Origin: an uncultured Opitutales bacterium | Lineage (GTDB): Bacteria; Verrucomicrobiota; Verrucomicrobiia; Opitutales; JABJCN01 | Reading direction: 5' to 3' | NCBI GenBank assembly: GCA_964432425.1 | Contig: CAYSOI010000005.1 | Span: forward strand, 1-36,113 | Length of the DNA: 36,113 nucleotides | Part shown: positions 1 to 12,234 of the stretch, piece by piece | Numbering within the stretch: the stretch's first letter is position 1 | Layout: the number at the start of each line of letters is the position of its first letter | The notes under the pieces: model-generated | Database searches by the model: none | What the model was told of the DNA's origin: nothing | What the model saw: only the letters and a program-made list of their open reading frames with translations | Program-made: the position numbers and the translations under genes

Positions 1-1
1 G

Positions 2-151
2 GAGCACAGCATTGTTCTGGTACGCGGTGGTCGTGTAAAAGACCTTCCCGGTGTGCGTTACCACATCGTTCGCGGTACTCTGGACTGTAGTGGAGTCGAA
101 AAACGTCGTCGTAGTCGCTCCAAGTACGGAGTAAAACGCCCCAAGAAATAA
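2..151 (+). CDS. rpsL: 30S ribosomal protein uS12, C-terminal fragment (5' end outside window)
   Basis: Frame 2 translates to [49 protein letters not shown], the conserved S12 C-terminus. Stop TAA at 149-151. It sits directly upstream of rpsG, as in the str operon. Confidence 0.93.
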   Translation, partial: EHSIVLVRGGRVKDLPGVRYHIVRGTLDCSGVEKRRRSRSKYGVKRPKK

Positions 152-210
152 ACGCAATTTTCACACCCCTGTAAAAGTTCAAGCCCCCCCCGAACCTAAA
201 ATAATATACA

Positions 211-684
211 ATGTCCCGCAGAAGAAGAGCCGTCAAACGTGAGCCGCAGGAAGATCCTCGTTATGGGAACACTCTTGTGACCATGCTCGTTAACATGGTG
301 ATGCGCCAGGGTAAAAAGTCTACGGCCCGACGTATTGTTTACGGCGCATTTGAACGCGTCAGCGAACAAGTCGGAAAAGGAGATTCCTCCGAATTATTAC
401 TGGGGGCATTGGAAAACACCCGCCCAAAACTGGAAGTGAAAGGACGCCGTGTCGGTGGTGCTACCTATCAGGTTCCCGTTGAACTTTCTTATGAACGCCA
501 ACAGTCTCTTGCATTTCGCTGGATTGTCGCTGCAGCCCGTGCCCGTAAAGGCATGCCCATGGAAGAGGCCCTCGCTGCAGAGCTTGTAGACGCCTACAAT
601 AATACAGGAACTGTTGTTAAAAAGAAGGAAGACACGCATAAAATGGCCCAGTCCAATCGTGCCTTCGCTCACTTACGCTGGTGA
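211..684 (+). CDS. rpsG: 30S ribosomal protein uS7
   Basis: 157-aa ORF with an S7-typical sequence ([11 protein letters not shown]...DPRYGN...[11 protein letters not shown]...ATYQVPVE...AHLRW). Position is between rpsL and fusA. Confidence 0.97.
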   Translation: MSRRRRAVKREPQEDPRYGNTLVTMLVNMVMRQGKKSTARRIVYGAFERVSEQVGKGDSSELLLGALENTRPKLEVKGRRVGGATYQVPVELSYERQQSLAFRWIVAAARARKGMPMEEALAAELVDAYNNTGTVVKKKEDTHKMAQSNRAFAHLRW

Positions 685-751
685 TTCCAATAGGTTTCCC
701 GCAGTAACTTCTTTTTTCATATTTATCTAATCAAAGACGGAGCTAATCGCC

Positions 752-2902
<2,151 letters not shown>

Positions 2903-2925
2903 CCCCATTACAAAGAACCACTGCT

Positions 2926-3234
2926 ATGGCCAATCAACGCATACGTATCAAGCTTAAAGGCTTTGACTACCGATCCGTCGACCAGTCCTCCAAGGACATC
3001 GTGGAAACGGCCAAAAGATCCGGTTCTCGGGTCTCAGGTCCCGTGCCCATCCCAACACGGATCGAAAAGTTCAGCATTAACCGCTCTGTACACGTGGACA
3101 AGAAGTCCATGGATCAATTTGAAGTACGGACTCACAAACGACTCATCGACATAATTGAGCCAACCGCCCACACCGTGGACGAACTGAAAATGCTCAATCT
3201 TCCTGCCGGTGTGGATATCGACATCAGCATCTAA
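2926..3234 (+). CDS. rpsJ: 30S ribosomal protein uS10
   Basis: 102-aa [24 protein letters not shown]...[12 protein letters not shown]...RTHKRLIDI, typical S10. First gene of the S10 cluster. Confidence 0.97.
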   Translation: MANQRIRIKLKGFDYRSVDQSSKDIVETAKRSGSRVSGPVPIPTRIEKFSINRSVHVDKKSMDQFEVRTHKRLIDIIEPTAHTVDELKMLNLPAGVDIDISI

Positions 3235-3261
3235 TTTAACCCTCTTTCCACAATATTCGCC

Positions 3262-3906
3262 ATGTCCTTCGAGATCTTAGGTAAAAAAGTCGGCATGACC
3301 CAAGTTTACGACGAAGAAAACAACGTTCATGTTGTTACAGTCGTTGAAGTTGGTCCTTGCCCGGTTGTACAAGTAAAAACTCAGGAAACTGACGGCTACG
3401 ATGCTGTGCAGATCGGCTTTGGCGAACAAAAGGAGCACCGTGTACCCAAGCCAGTGCTTGGACATCTCCAGAAAGCCGGAGTTGGACCTGTTGCCCAACT
3501 ACAGGAATTTCGGACTAATGACCCCTCTGAATACGAGCCCGGTCAAACTCTTACGGTCGAAAAATTTGAAGGCATTGCCAAGGTCGATGTTATTGCGACT
3601 ACCAAGGGTAAAGGCTTCCAAGGTGTCATGAAACGTCACGGTTACTCTGGTGGTCCTGCTTCTCATGGTTCCATGTTTCATCGTCGTGGCGGATCCTATG
3701 GTATGTGTCAGTGGCCAGGTCGTGTGATCAAAAACACCAAGATGCCGGGGCACATGGGAGACAAACAACGTACCACACAAAACCTCAAAGTTTTCCGCAT
3801 CGACAAAGATCGCAACATACTCCTGGTCGAAGGTAGTTTCCCCGGCCCGAAAGGTGGAGTTGTGACGATTCGTCCTGCAATCAAGGTCAAGAAACCCAAA
3901 TCCTGA
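3262..3906 (+). CDS. rplC: 50S ribosomal protein uL3
   Basis: 214-aa ORF, ILGKKVGMTQV...TKGKGFQGVMKRHG...MPGHMG, L3 hallmarks. Conserved gene order. Confidence 0.97.
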   Translation: MSFEILGKKVGMTQVYDEENNVHVVTVVEVGPCPVVQVKTQETDGYDAVQIGFGEQKEHRVPKPVLGHLQKAGVGPVAQLQEFRTNDPSEYEPGQTLTVEKFEGIAKVDVIATTKGKGFQGVMKRHGYSGGPASHGSMFHRRGGSYGMCQWPGRVIKNTKMPGHMGDKQRTTQNLKVFRIDKDRNILLVEGSFPGPKGGVVTIRPAIKVKKPKS

Positions 3907-3914
3907 ACCTCGTC

Positions 3915-4541
3915 ATGAAATTCAAACTTTACAACAATACCGGCAGTAGCAGTCAGGAAAAAGAAATCTCCGATTTTCCTACTTTCGAAGGAGATCGTGG
4001 AGTAAACGCCCTACGCCAAGTGATTTTGGCTCATCAGGCAAACGCTCGTCAGGGGAATGCCTCCACCAAGACTCGTGCGGAAGTCAGCGGTACTGGAAAG
4101 AAAGCTTTTCGCCAGAAAGGTACAGGTATGGCCCGTCGTGGTAATCGCCGTACCCCCATCATGAAAGGTGGTGGCGTAGCCTTTGGACCCAAACCACGTG
4201 ACTACAGCCAGAAGCTGAACAAGAAGCAGCGTCAACTTGCTTTAGGCCGAGCATTGTACGAGCAAGCCAATTCGGGAACCTTAAACCTGATTGAAGAGTG
4301 GATTGTTGCTGAACCTAAAACCCGTATTGTCAGCGGCATTCTAAAGAACATCGCACCCGAAGGTAAAGTTCTGATCCTTGGAGAAGACTTTTCCAAGGAC
4401 GCACTCCTTGCATGTCGTAACATTCCCCGGTTGAGTGTTACCAGTGCGAAAGATGTTAATGCACTTGATCTGGTCCACCATGACCACGTCATCATTAGTG
4501 AGAAAGGCATGGACCAAGTACTGGAACGTGCTAAAGCCTAA
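3915..4541 (+). CDS. rplD: 50S ribosomal protein uL4
   Basis: 208-aa ORF with the motif KTRAEVSGTGKKAFRQKGTGMARRG...GGGVAFGPKPRDY. Conserved gene order. Confidence 0.96.
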   Translation: MKFKLYNNTGSSSQEKEISDFPTFEGDRGVNALRQVILAHQANARQGNASTKTRAEVSGTGKKAFRQKGTGMARRGNRRTPIMKGGGVAFGPKPRDYSQKLNKKQRQLALGRALYEQANSGTLNLIEEWIVAEPKTRIVSGILKNIAPEGKVLILGEDFSKDALLACRNIPRLSVTSAKDVNALDLVHHDHVIISEKGMDQVLERAKA

Positions 4542-4562
4542 GCTATCAGGAGACTACAAACA

Positions 4563-4850
4563 ATGACCCCTCGCGACATCATTCTAAAATATTCGTTGAC
4601 TGAAAAGGCCAGCTCACAAGCTATTCAGAACAAGTATACCTTTGTGGTTTCCCCAAAGGCAAATCGTACTCAAGTAAAAGATGCGATCGAGCAACACTTC
4701 AGCAATGTAGAGGTTGCCAAAGTCAACATCATCAATCGTAAAGGTAAGCCCAAGTCCAGCCGCATGCGTGGTATGCGTACTGGTGGACGTACCACCTCCA
4801 CAAAACGTGCCATCGTCACTCTCTCTAAGGGAAGTATCGATCTCGTCTGA
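4563..4850 (+). CDS. rplW: 50S ribosomal protein uL23
   Basis: 95-aa ORF, ILKYSLTEKA...YTFVVSPKANRTQVKDAIEQHF.V.V..VN. Position is between rplD and rplB. Confidence 0.95.
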   Translation: MTPRDIILKYSLTEKASSQAIQNKYTFVVSPKANRTQVKDAIEQHFSNVEVAKVNIINRKGKPKSSRMRGMRTGGRTTSTKRAIVTLSKGSIDLV

Positions 4851-4893
4851 TTTCTCTCATCCATAGGAAGATAACCCTCGAATTTTAAGACAA

Positions 4894-5736
4894 ATGCCAG
4901 TTACCCAGTCCAGACCGATTACACCGGGACAACGGTTTCTTCAGCGTAACCGTACAGGTTTGACTGTAAACGAACCAGTCAAGTCCCTGACCCAGTACAA
5001 ACACAACAAAAAGGGCCGTAACTGCTACGGACGTATCACCTCTCGTCGTCGGGGTGGGGGACACAAGCGCCTCTATCGTCAGATCGATTTCAAGCGGAAC
5101 AAGATTGGTATTCCTGCCAAGGTCGAGGGGATTGAATACGATCCTAACCGTACCGCACACATTGCCCTTCTTACCTACGAAGATAAAGAGCAGCGCTACA
5201 TCTTGGCCCCCAAAGGTCTGGAAGTCGGTGCTACCATCATCAGTTCAGATGAGGTCGTCAGTTTTGATGTGGGGAATGCCCTTCCCATCAAATTGATCCC
5301 TCCCGGTAGTGTCGTTCATGCTGTTGAACTTCAACCTGGTCGTGGTGCACAGATTGGCCGTTCTGCTGGAGCCGCACTTCGCCTCGTTAATGTAGAAGGC
5401 AAGTATGCTACTCTCAAATTGCCCAGCGGCGAAATTCGCCTGATCAATGCGAATTGCCGAGCCACCATCGGCACTGTCGGAAATACATCCCACGAAAAGC
5501 AAGTAATGGGGAAAGCAGGCCGTAATCGCTGGAAGGGCCGTCGTCCCCGTGTACGCGGTGTGGCAATGAACCCTGACGATCACCCAATGGGTGGTGGTGA
5601 AGGACGCACATCAGGTGGTGGTCATCCCATGTCTCCATGGGGGCAACTCTCCAAAGGCTTTCCTACACGTCGTAAATCCAAATCAACCAATAACATGATT
5701 CTGATCCGTCGCAACGGACGCAGAATGAAACGATAA
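4894..5736 (+). CDS. rplB: 50S ribosomal protein uL2
   Basis: 280-aa ORF with motifs GRNCYGRITSRRRGGGHKRLYR, GRSAGA and MNPDDHPMGGGEGR. Confidence 0.98.
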   Translation: MPVTQSRPITPGQRFLQRNRTGLTVNEPVKSLTQYKHNKKGRNCYGRITSRRRGGGHKRLYRQIDFKRNKIGIPAKVEGIEYDPNRTAHIALLTYEDKEQRYILAPKGLEVGATIISSDEVVSFDVGNALPIKLIPPGSVVHAVELQPGRGAQIGRSAGAALRLVNVEGKYATLKLPSGEIRLINANCRATIGTVGNTSHEKQVMGKAGRNRWKGRRPRVRGVAMNPDDHPMGGGEGRTSGGGHPMSPWGQLSKGFPTRRKSKSTNNMILIRRNGRRMKR

Positions 5737-5745
5737 AGAATTCCC

Positions 5746-6015
5746 ATGGCAAGATCCTCAAGAAAAGGTTTCTTCGTTGACCCAGGCCTCTGGAAAAAAG
5801 TTCAGGAGGCACAGGCTACCGGCAATCGCAAACCCATCAAAACCTGGTCACGTCGTTCGACAATCACACCAGATTTTGTCGGTCTCAATTTCAATGTCCA
5901 TAACGGTAAGTCATTTTTACCCGTTTATATCACTGAAAACATGGTTGGCCACAAATTGGGTGAATTCTCCCCAACCCGTAGTTTCCGTGAGCACAGTCCT
6001 CATACACAAAAGTAA
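5746..6015 (+). CDS. rpsS: 30S ribosomal protein uS19
   Basis: 89-aa [15 protein letters not shown]...[43 protein letters not shown]. Confidence 0.97.
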   Translation: MARSSRKGFFVDPGLWKKVQEAQATGNRKPIKTWSRRSTITPDFVGLNFNVHNGKSFLPVYITENMVGHKLGEFSPTRSFREHSPHTQK

Positions 6016-6040
6016 TCGCCACTAACCATTTGATATTGTC

Positions 6041-6370
6041 ATGGAAGTCAAAGCCTACACGAAGTACAACCGCATGTCGCCCAAGAAGGTGCGTCAAGTG
6101 GCACGTGAGATTCAGGGGATGGAAGCCAGTCAGGCTCTCAACACATTGCAAGTGATTCCTCGCAAATCCGCACGATTGATCAGTAAAACACTCAAGTCTG
6201 CCATGGCGAATGCGGAAAACAATTTCGACCTCAACCCGGATGATCTTGTTGTCAGCGAGGCCATTGTAGAAGAAGGGCCTGCCTTTCGTCGATTCCAACC
6301 ATGTGCCCGTGGTTCTGCACATCCATATAAAAAACGCACCTGCCACATCCGCATCACACTCAGCGAATAA
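6041..6370 (+). CDS. rplV: 50S ribosomal protein uL22
   Basis: 109-aa ORF, RMSPKKVRQVAREIQG..A..AL..L...PRK.A..I.K.L.SA.ANAE. Confidence 0.96.
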   Translation: MEVKAYTKYNRMSPKKVRQVAREIQGMEASQALNTLQVIPRKSARLISKTLKSAMANAENNFDLNPDDLVVSEAIVEEGPAFRRFQPCARGSAHPYKKRTCHIRITLSE

Positions 6371-6403
6371 CCTCCTCTCACTTTAACAAAGAAATTAAGA
6401 ATT

Positions 6404-7030
6404 ATGGGCCAGAAAGTAAACCCCAAGGGATTCAGACTCGCAGTCAATCATGACTGGGATTCCCGCTGGTATGCAAACAAGCAGCAATTTCCCACATTCC
6501 TCAAGGAAGACTACAGCATACGGGAATTTCTTGCAAAACGGCTGCTGACTGCCTCCGTGCCTCGCATCTTTATCGAGCGTTCCTCGAACCGTGTTCGTGT
6601 CCGTGTACACACTGCCCGTCCCGGTGTCGTTATCGGTCGTAAGGGTCAGGAATTGGATAAACTTCGTGCAGATCTAGTAAAACACGTAGGGCAAGATGTC
6701 ATTCTGGACATTCATGAAGTGAAAAAGCCAGATCTCGAAGCCAAGCTTGTTGCAGAAAGTGTCGCACTCCAATTGGAGCGCCGGATTGCTTTCCGTCGTG
6801 CGATGAAAAAGGCTGTACAAACCACGATGTCCCTTGGTGCACAAGGCATTAAAATACAGTGCAGTGGGCGCCTTGGTGGTATGGACATTGCCCGTACTGA
6901 ATCCCAACGTGCTGGACGTGTACCTCTGCAAACCCTTCGTGAAAACATCGATTACGGCTTCACGGAAGCCAGTACGACCTATGGTCTCATCGGCGTCAAG
7001 TGCTGGATCTGTCAACCCGAAGAAGAGTAA
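6404..7030 (+). CDS. rpsC: 30S ribosomal protein uS3
   Basis: 208-aa [15 protein letters not shown]....W.SRWYA...F...L.ED..IR, with a KH domain ([12 protein letters not shown]). Confidence 0.97.
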   Translation: MGQKVNPKGFRLAVNHDWDSRWYANKQQFPTFLKEDYSIREFLAKRLLTASVPRIFIERSSNRVRVRVHTARPGVVIGRKGQELDKLRADLVKHVGQDVILDIHEVKKPDLEAKLVAESVALQLERRIAFRRAMKKAVQTTMSLGAQGIKIQCSGRLGGMDIARTESQRAGRVPLQTLRENIDYGFTEASTTYGLIGVKCWICQPEEE

Positions 7031-7066
7031 TCCCACAAACTATCACTCCTTCAACATACTTGAATC

Positions 7067-7477
7067 ATGGCTTTCCTACCATCTAGAACAAAATACCGCA
7101 AAGTCCACAAAGGACGTATCCGTGGTAATGCAAAACGTGGTGACTATCTTGCTTTCGGAGATTACGGCATCCAGTCACTTTCAAGAGGTCGTATGACTTC
7201 AAACCAGATTGAAGCTTCCCGTGTTACCGTAACCCGTTATCTGAAACGTAAAGGTAAATTATGGATTCGGGTTTTCCCGCAGAAGCCAGTCACGAAGAAA
7301 CCTGCTGAAACCCGGATGGGTAAAGGTAAAGGTGGGGTGGACCACTGGGTTGCGGTAATCCGTCCAGGTATGGTTCTGTTTGAACTTGCTGGTTGTTCAC
7401 CAACCATCGCTCGTGAGGCCTTACGACGTGCAGACGCAAAACTCCCTTTCCGTTGCCGTCTCATAACCCGCGATTAA
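7067..7477 (+). CDS. rplP: 50S ribosomal protein uL16
   Basis: 136-aa [28 protein letters not shown]...[16 protein letters not shown]. Confidence 0.97.
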   Translation: MAFLPSRTKYRKVHKGRIRGNAKRGDYLAFGDYGIQSLSRGRMTSNQIEASRVTVTRYLKRKGKLWIRVFPQKPVTKKPAETRMGKGKGGVDHWVAVIRPGMVLFELAGCSPTIAREALRRADAKLPFRCRLITRD

Positions 7478-7505
7478 TCACTAATATCGTAGCCCATTTC
7501 CAAAG

Positions 7506-7808
7506 ATGAAAACAAAAGATCTCAGAGAAAAATCTGTTGATGAGCTCGAAGACCAACTTCGCGATCTCTCACAGGAATTGGTAGATTTACGTATCCGTAA
7601 GGAGACTGGACAGCTTGAAAAGCCACACATGCTCAAGACTCTTCGTAAAACCATTGCCACCATTCAAACTCTCCTCGCTGAGAAGCATCAGGAATCTATC
7701 AAGGATCAATACGGAGATGCGGCTAAAGACAAAACCCTCAGTACGATTGCCAAAGAACAAGGCTTAAGTTATCGTCAGGCGCTTCGCAATCTGGCCAAAG
7801 CTTCCTGA
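7506..7808 (+). CDS. rpmC: 50S ribosomal protein uL29 with about 37-aa C-terminal extension
   Basis: The first ~63 aa (MKTKDLREKSVDELEDQL.DL..EL..LR......GQLEKPHMLK..RK.IA.I.TLL.EK) match L29. The ORF continues to 100 aa. Position is between rplP and rpsQ. Confidence 0.93.
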   Translation: MKTKDLREKSVDELEDQLRDLSQELVDLRIRKETGQLEKPHMLKTLRKTIATIQTLLAEKHQESIKDQYGDAAKDKTLSTIAKEQGLSYRQALRNLAKAS

Positions 7809-7830
7809 ATAAAATTTTGAGAATTAATCC

Positions 7831-8109
7831 ATGAGCGAAACAACAACACGTAACCGCCGCAAACTGCTGATTGGCGAAGTCATCAGCATTACAGGCAATA
7901 AGTCTCTCAAAGTCGCTGCTTTCTATAAAATCCAGCACCCTCTTTACAAAAAGGAAATTAAGCAGAAAACCATTTTCCATGTGCATGATGAAGATAGCAC
8001 TTGTAACGTTGGTGACCGGGTTGAAATCATGGAAACCCGCCCAATCAGCAAAAATAAACGTTGGCGTGTAGTTCGCGTCGTCGAAAAAGCCCGAGAGTCC
8101 AATATTTAA
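7831..8109 (+). CDS. rpsQ: 30S ribosomal protein uS17
   Basis: 92-aa [14 protein letters not shown]....KS.KV......HPLYKK.I....K...HDE...C..GD.V.I.ETRP.SK.KRW. Confidence 0.96.
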   Translation: MSETTTRNRRKLLIGEVISITGNKSLKVAAFYKIQHPLYKKEIKQKTIFHVHDEDSTCNVGDRVEIMETRPISKNKRWRVVRVVEKARESNI

Positions 8110-8173
8110 GCACGACCCTCACTATTTGTAATCCACCGAATTTCATTTTCTACAACCTCGACATTCATAAGCC

Positions 8174-8536
8174 ATGATTCAGTTAAGAAGCAGAGTGAGC
8201 GTAGCGGACAACACCGGAGCCAAATCCGCGATGATGATCCGTCGTATTGGTCAAAGCAAAAAGTCCGCTTCTATTGGCGATCTCATCGTTTGCCATATTA
8301 AAGAAGCCACCACGGATTCTGCAGTTAAAAAGGGATCTGTGGTTCATGCGGTTGTAGTGCGTACACGTTCGCCAATTCGCCGACGTGATGGAAGTCGTAT
8401 TCGTTTTGACCAGAACGCAGTCGTTATCGTGAACAACGAAGGTGCTCCCCGGGGCACCCGTATCTTCGGACCTGTTGCTCGTGAACTGCGTCAAAAATAC
8501 CTCAAGATCGTATCTCTTGCACCGGAGGTTTTGTAA
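8174..8536 (+). CDS. rplN: 50S ribosomal protein uL14
   Basis: 120-aa [20 protein letters not shown]....I......K.A.IGD.IV..IKEA......KKG.V..AVVVRT. Confidence 0.97.
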   Translation: MIQLRSRVSVADNTGAKSAMMIRRIGQSKKSASIGDLIVCHIKEATTDSAVKKGSVVHAVVVRTRSPIRRRDGSRIRFDQNAVVIVNNEGAPRGTRIFGPVARELRQKYLKIVSLAPEVL

Positions 8537-8538
8537 AG

Positions 8539-8808
8539 ATGGCCCAGAAAATTAAAAAAGGAGACAAAGTTACTGTCATTAGCGGAGCGGAAAAAGGAAG
8601 CTCCGGTACCGTACTTGAAGTACAGGGCAAGCGTAACCGCGTCATTATCGAAGAAGTCAACATGCGGAAGAAGCATGAGCGTAAGACACAGGACAATCCG
8701 GAAGGAGCCATTGTTGAACGCGAAATGCCACTTCATATTTCCAACGTCATGCTTCAAAGCCGCTGGGATGAGCGTCAGGAGCGCAGAAACAAATCAGCCT
8801 CTGCATAA
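8539..8808 (+). CDS. rplX: 50S ribosomal protein uL24
   Basis: 89-aa ORF with a KOW motif (IKKGDKVTVISGAEKGSSGTVLEV), then VIIEEVNMRKKH. Starts 2 nt after rplN. Confidence 0.95.
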   Translation: MAQKIKKGDKVTVISGAEKGSSGTVLEVQGKRNRVIIEEVNMRKKHERKTQDNPEGAIVEREMPLHISNVMLQSRWDERQERRNKSASA

Positions 8809-8839
8809 CCCTGTATTGGATTGATTGGAGAAGACAGCC

Positions 8840-9379
8840 ATGAGCGAACCACAATTAAAGAAACAATATAAAGAGCAAGTCCGTCCGGAAATCGTAAAAC
8901 TCCGTGAATTCAGCAACGAGCTCCAGGCAGCACGACTTGAGAAAATCGTCATCAATTCTGGAGTCGGTGCCACCTCGGATAAAAACCGAATTAAGGATGT
9001 CGCTGATGATATCGCAAAAATTTCGGGTCAATGTCCGGTCATCACAAAAGCTCGGGTGAGTATTTCAAATTTTAAACTTCGTGAGGGGATGCCCATTGGA
9101 GTCAAAGTGACATTGCGTGGCAATTCCATGTGGGAGTTTCTACTTCGCCTTCTTGCGACCGCTTTGCCTAACATTCGTGACTTTCAGGGAGTCCCCAAGA
9201 AGTTGGACGGTAAAGGCAATTATACACTGGGAATTTCTGACCACACCATCTTTCCTGAAATTAAAATGGAAGGTGTAAAGCAGACAACTGGAATGGACAT
9301 CTGTTTTGTCACCACAGCTCCAGATGACGACCAAGGGCAGGAGCTTCTCTCTCTTCTTGGAATGCCCTTCCGCAAGTAA
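8840..9379 (+). CDS. rplE: 50S ribosomal protein uL5
   Basis: The ORF track starts at TTG 8825. The in-frame ATG at 8840 (MSEPQLKKQYKEQV...) aligns with the usual L5 N-terminus. Motifs: KIVINSGVG...PIGVKVTLRG..MWEFL.RL...ALP.IRDF.G. Confidence 0.95.
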   Translation: MSEPQLKKQYKEQVRPEIVKLREFSNELQAARLEKIVINSGVGATSDKNRIKDVADDIAKISGQCPVITKARVSISNFKLREGMPIGVKVTLRGNSMWEFLLRLLATALPNIRDFQGVPKKLDGKGNYTLGISDHTIFPEIKMEGVKQTTGMDICFVTTAPDDDQGQELLSLLGMPFRK

Positions 9380-9401
9380 TCAATTTAAGAAAGCATAAGA
9401 A

Positions 9402-9707
9402 ATGGCAAAGAAATCTTCCATCGCCCGAAACAACAAACGCAAGCGCCTCATCGACCGCTACGCCAAGAAACGTCAGGAAATCAAAGACAAACTTGAGGAT
9501 CCTGATCTTGAAATGGAAGAGTTTATCTCCCTGCAACACAAACTCACTAAACTCCCCAAAAACTCTTCTGCCATTCGTTACCGCAAACGCTGCTCTATCA
9601 CGGGCCGCCCACGTGGTTACATTGGAAAATTTGGAGTTTCCCGGATTACTTTCCGTGAACTTGCACTAGATGGCAAAATCCCCGGAGTGACCAAGTCCTC
9701 CTGGTAA
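9402..9707 (+). CDS. rpsN: 30S ribosomal protein uS14 (long, zinc-free type)
   Basis: 101-aa [21 protein letters not shown].....[39 protein letters not shown]. There is no CxxC pair. Confidence 0.96.
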   Translation: MAKKSSIARNNKRKRLIDRYAKKRQEIKDKLEDPDLEMEEFISLQHKLTKLPKNSSAIRYRKRCSITGRPRGYIGKFGVSRITFRELALDGKIPGVTKSSW

Positions 9708-9752
9708 ACTATATCCATCCGGAATTACAATATTAAAACAAAGTTACCTCTC

Positions 9753-10151
9753 ATGGCCATTCACGACACAATCGGAGACTTTCTTACGACCCTACGCAAT
9801 GGTAGCATGGCGACAAAAGCAGTCGTCAAAGCACGTCATTCCAATATGCGGGAAAGTATTGCAAACATCCTTAAGCAAGAAGGCTTTCTGTTGGATTATA
9901 AAATTAACGAACAGCCCAATGGAATCAAGGAACTGGAAGTAAATTTGAAGTTCCGTGACACCCAGCCCGTCATCGCCGGTATCAAGCGTGAAAGCAAACC
10001 AGGATGCCGCCGTTACTTCAAATATCAGGACATCCCACCTGTACTTGGTGGTCTGGGGATCAGCATTCTCACCACTTCAAAAGGTCTAATGACCGGAGAT
10101 GACGCCAAAAGACAGAAACTCGGTGGAGAGCTTTTGTGCCAAGTTTGGTAA
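9753..10151 (+). CDS. rpsH: 30S ribosomal protein uS8
   Basis: 132-aa ORF, DTIGDFLTTLRNG.......V......S..NILKQEGFL.DY..., C-terminus GGELLCQVW. Confidence 0.96.
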   Translation: MAIHDTIGDFLTTLRNGSMATKAVVKARHSNMRESIANILKQEGFLLDYKINEQPNGIKELEVNLKFRDTQPVIAGIKRESKPGCRRYFKYQDIPPVLGGLGISILTTSKGLMTGDDAKRQKLGGELLCQVW

Positions 10152-10193
10152 ACCTTTTTTAATCATTTATAACCGCCAACCTACCAAAACATA

Positions 10194-10730
10194 ATGAGCA
10201 GGATCGGAAAACTCCCCGTAGCTATTCCAGATAAGGTCGAAGCCAAAATTGATGGTACAACCATCACTGTCAAGGGGCCGAAAGGTGCGATCACCAAGGA
10301 ATTTCCTAAGGTCATCACTATCAGTAACGATGATGGGAATATCACCGTTGCTCCCGCTGACAAAAGTCGCTTTGCCAACGCAATGTATGGAACGGCCCGT
10401 TCGATTATCAATGGTATGGTTACTGGTGTATCAGAAGGTTTCGTAAAAGAGCTTGAAATTCAAGGCGTTGGTTTTCGTGCCGATATTCAAGGCAAGATCA
10501 TTGACTTGGCTCTCGGGAAATCTCACGAAATTAAAGAACCAATCCCTGATGGAATTACGGTCAATGTTGAACAAGGCACCAAGATCAAAATCGAAGGTGC
10601 GGATAAACAAGTTGTTGGCCAACTTGCTGCTAATATAAAATCACACTATCCCGCTGAGCCCTACAAAGGCAAGGGCGTCCGAATTGTTGGTGAATTTGTA
10701 CGCCGCAAGGAAGGTAAGAAAACTGCTTAA
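10194..10730 (+). CDS. rplF: 50S ribosomal protein uL6
   Basis: 178-aa ORF, MSRIGKLPVAIPDKV......TITVKGPKG......, LEIQGVGFRA, EPYKGKG.R. Confidence 0.97.
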   Translation: MSRIGKLPVAIPDKVEAKIDGTTITVKGPKGAITKEFPKVITISNDDGNITVAPADKSRFANAMYGTARSIINGMVTGVSEGFVKELEIQGVGFRADIQGKIIDLALGKSHEIKEPIPDGITVNVEQGTKIKIEGADKQVVGQLAANIKSHYPAEPYKGKGVRIVGEFVRRKEGKKTA

Positions 10731-10758
10731 AATTTAACCTGTCGCTGACACTGCAATT

Positions 10759-11121
10759 ATGAAACTCGCACAAAAGAAAAAGCTCCTGCAGAACCGACGC
10801 TGGCGGATCCGAAAGAAAGTAAACGGAACCGCAGAACGCCCACGCCTGGTTGTCAAATTTACCAACAAACACATTCATGCCCAATGCATTAACGATGTGG
10901 AGCATAAGACCCTCGTTTCGTCTTCCACTTTGAAAAAAGGGGAGAAGATCGAAAAGTCCTGCTCAAACATTGAGGGTGCCACAGCCCTGGGCAAAGAACT
11001 TGCAGATAAAGCTCTTGCTGCAAACATCAACACAGTGGTGTTTGACCGTGCTGGTCGTCGTTACCATGGGTGTGTGAAAGCCTTTGCCGATGCAGCCCGT
11101 GAAGCGGGGCTTCAATTCTAA
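10759..11121 (+). CDS. rplR: 50S ribosomal protein uL18
   Basis: 120-aa [27 protein letters not shown]......, C-terminus [27 protein letters not shown]. Confidence 0.96.
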   Translation: MKLAQKKKLLQNRRWRIRKKVNGTAERPRLVVKFTNKHIHAQCINDVEHKTLVSSSTLKKGEKIEKSCSNIEGATALGKELADKALAANINTVVFDRAGRRYHGCVKAFADAAREAGLQF

Positions 11122-11138
11122 TTCCATTTTCTATTCAA

Positions 11139-11657
11139 ATGAGCAGATCACCCAGCATTCAATCGATTGACAACAGTTCTGACGAACCGGAACTTTTCGA
11201 AAAAGTCGTAACCATCAACCGTTCAGCCAAAGTTGTCAAAGGTGGACGTCGCTTCAGTTTTGCTGCCTTGGTTGTCACAGGTGACCAAAAAGGCAAAATT
11301 GGCATTGGTTACGGAAAGGCCAAAGAGGTACCGGAGGCCATCCGCAAGGGTACCGAAAAAGCCCGCAAACACATGTTTGATGTTGAGGTACTCGAAGACA
11401 CTCTACCTCACCACGTCCTCGGAGAGTCCGATGGAGGGAAAGTTCTGCTTCGCCCCGCAGCTCCTGGTACTGGAGTCATTGCTGGTGGTGGGGTTCGTGC
11501 TGTTCTCGAAGCTGCCGGTGTTAAAAATGTTCTCACCAAGTCACTTGGTTCCAATAATCCCTTAGCTGTCGTCAATGCGACCATTGCTGGCCTTCGCAAG
11601 CTACGCTCCCCGGACCATATCCGTAGTCTACGTGAGTTTCAGCCAGAGGAAGCCTGA
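11139..11657 (+). CDS. rpsE: 30S ribosomal protein uS5
   Basis: 172-aa [75 protein letters not shown]. Confidence 0.97.
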   Translation: MSRSPSIQSIDNSSDEPELFEKVVTINRSAKVVKGGRRFSFAALVVTGDQKGKIGIGYGKAKEVPEAIRKGTEKARKHMFDVEVLEDTLPHHVLGESDGGKVLLRPAAPGTGVIAGGGVRAVLEAAGVKNVLTKSLGSNNPLAVVNATIAGLRKLRSPDHIRSLREFQPEEA

Positions 11658-11686
11658 TTTTTCTAATTTAACCACCTATATTTAAA

Positions 11687-12130
11687 ATGAAGACCGACCA
11701 CATTACAGGAGGCTCCAGCGACACTCACCCGACCAAACGACTTGGTCGTGGTCGTGGTAACGGACGCGGCAAAACCTGCTGTCGCGGCCACAAGGGAAGC
11801 GGTCAGCGATCCGGCTACAGTACAAAACCCGGATTTGAAGGGGGACAAATGCCCCTCTATCGTAAGCTTCCCCGTCGTGGATTCAACAATTACGAATTTC
11901 GCACCGAGTATGCGATTGTCAACGTAGGCGACCTTGAAAAAGTCGAAGGTGCTGACCTGATTGACAAAGATGCTCTGGTCAAAGCTGGACTTGTTCGTTC
12001 CAACGCTCAGCGAGTGAAGATTCTTGGAAATGGCGAACTCAAAGGCGCCGTTAAAATTAAGGCAGACAAATTCTCCAAGTCCGCAACGGATAAAATCACT
12101 GCGGCAGGTGGAGAAATTGTAGAAGAGTAA
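11687..12130 (+). CDS. rplO: 50S ribosomal protein uL15
   Basis: 147-aa ORF, KRLGRGRGNGRGKTCCRGHKGSGQRSG....GFEGGQMPLYRKLPRRGF. It directly follows rpsE, so no rpmD lies between them. Confidence 0.96.
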   Translation: MKTDHITGGSSDTHPTKRLGRGRGNGRGKTCCRGHKGSGQRSGYSTKPGFEGGQMPLYRKLPRRGFNNYEFRTEYAIVNVGDLEKVEGADLIDKDALVKAGLVRSNAQRVKILGNGELKGAVKIKADKFSKSATDKITAAGGEIVEE

Positions 12131-12234
12131 GAGCTAGAGCTCCTGCCGGCTGTCCTCCACTCCTGTAGTTCCTTCCGGTAGTCATTCTAAGAAATTGAGG
12201 ACACTAACTGAAATAACCTGACGCGCCTGATCCG

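Noticed and set aside
8825-8839. Upstream TTG/GTG-extended starts given in the ORF track for rplE (8825), map (13808), hisD (21192), the secreted hypothetical (20328), the kinase (26311), the binding protein (28956) and cysS (32080).
   Set aside because: In each case an in-frame ATG a few codons downstream gives an N-terminus that matches the family's usual start or signal peptide. In two cases the extended version would overlap the preceding gene or a non-coding leader. The extended starts remain possible, however.
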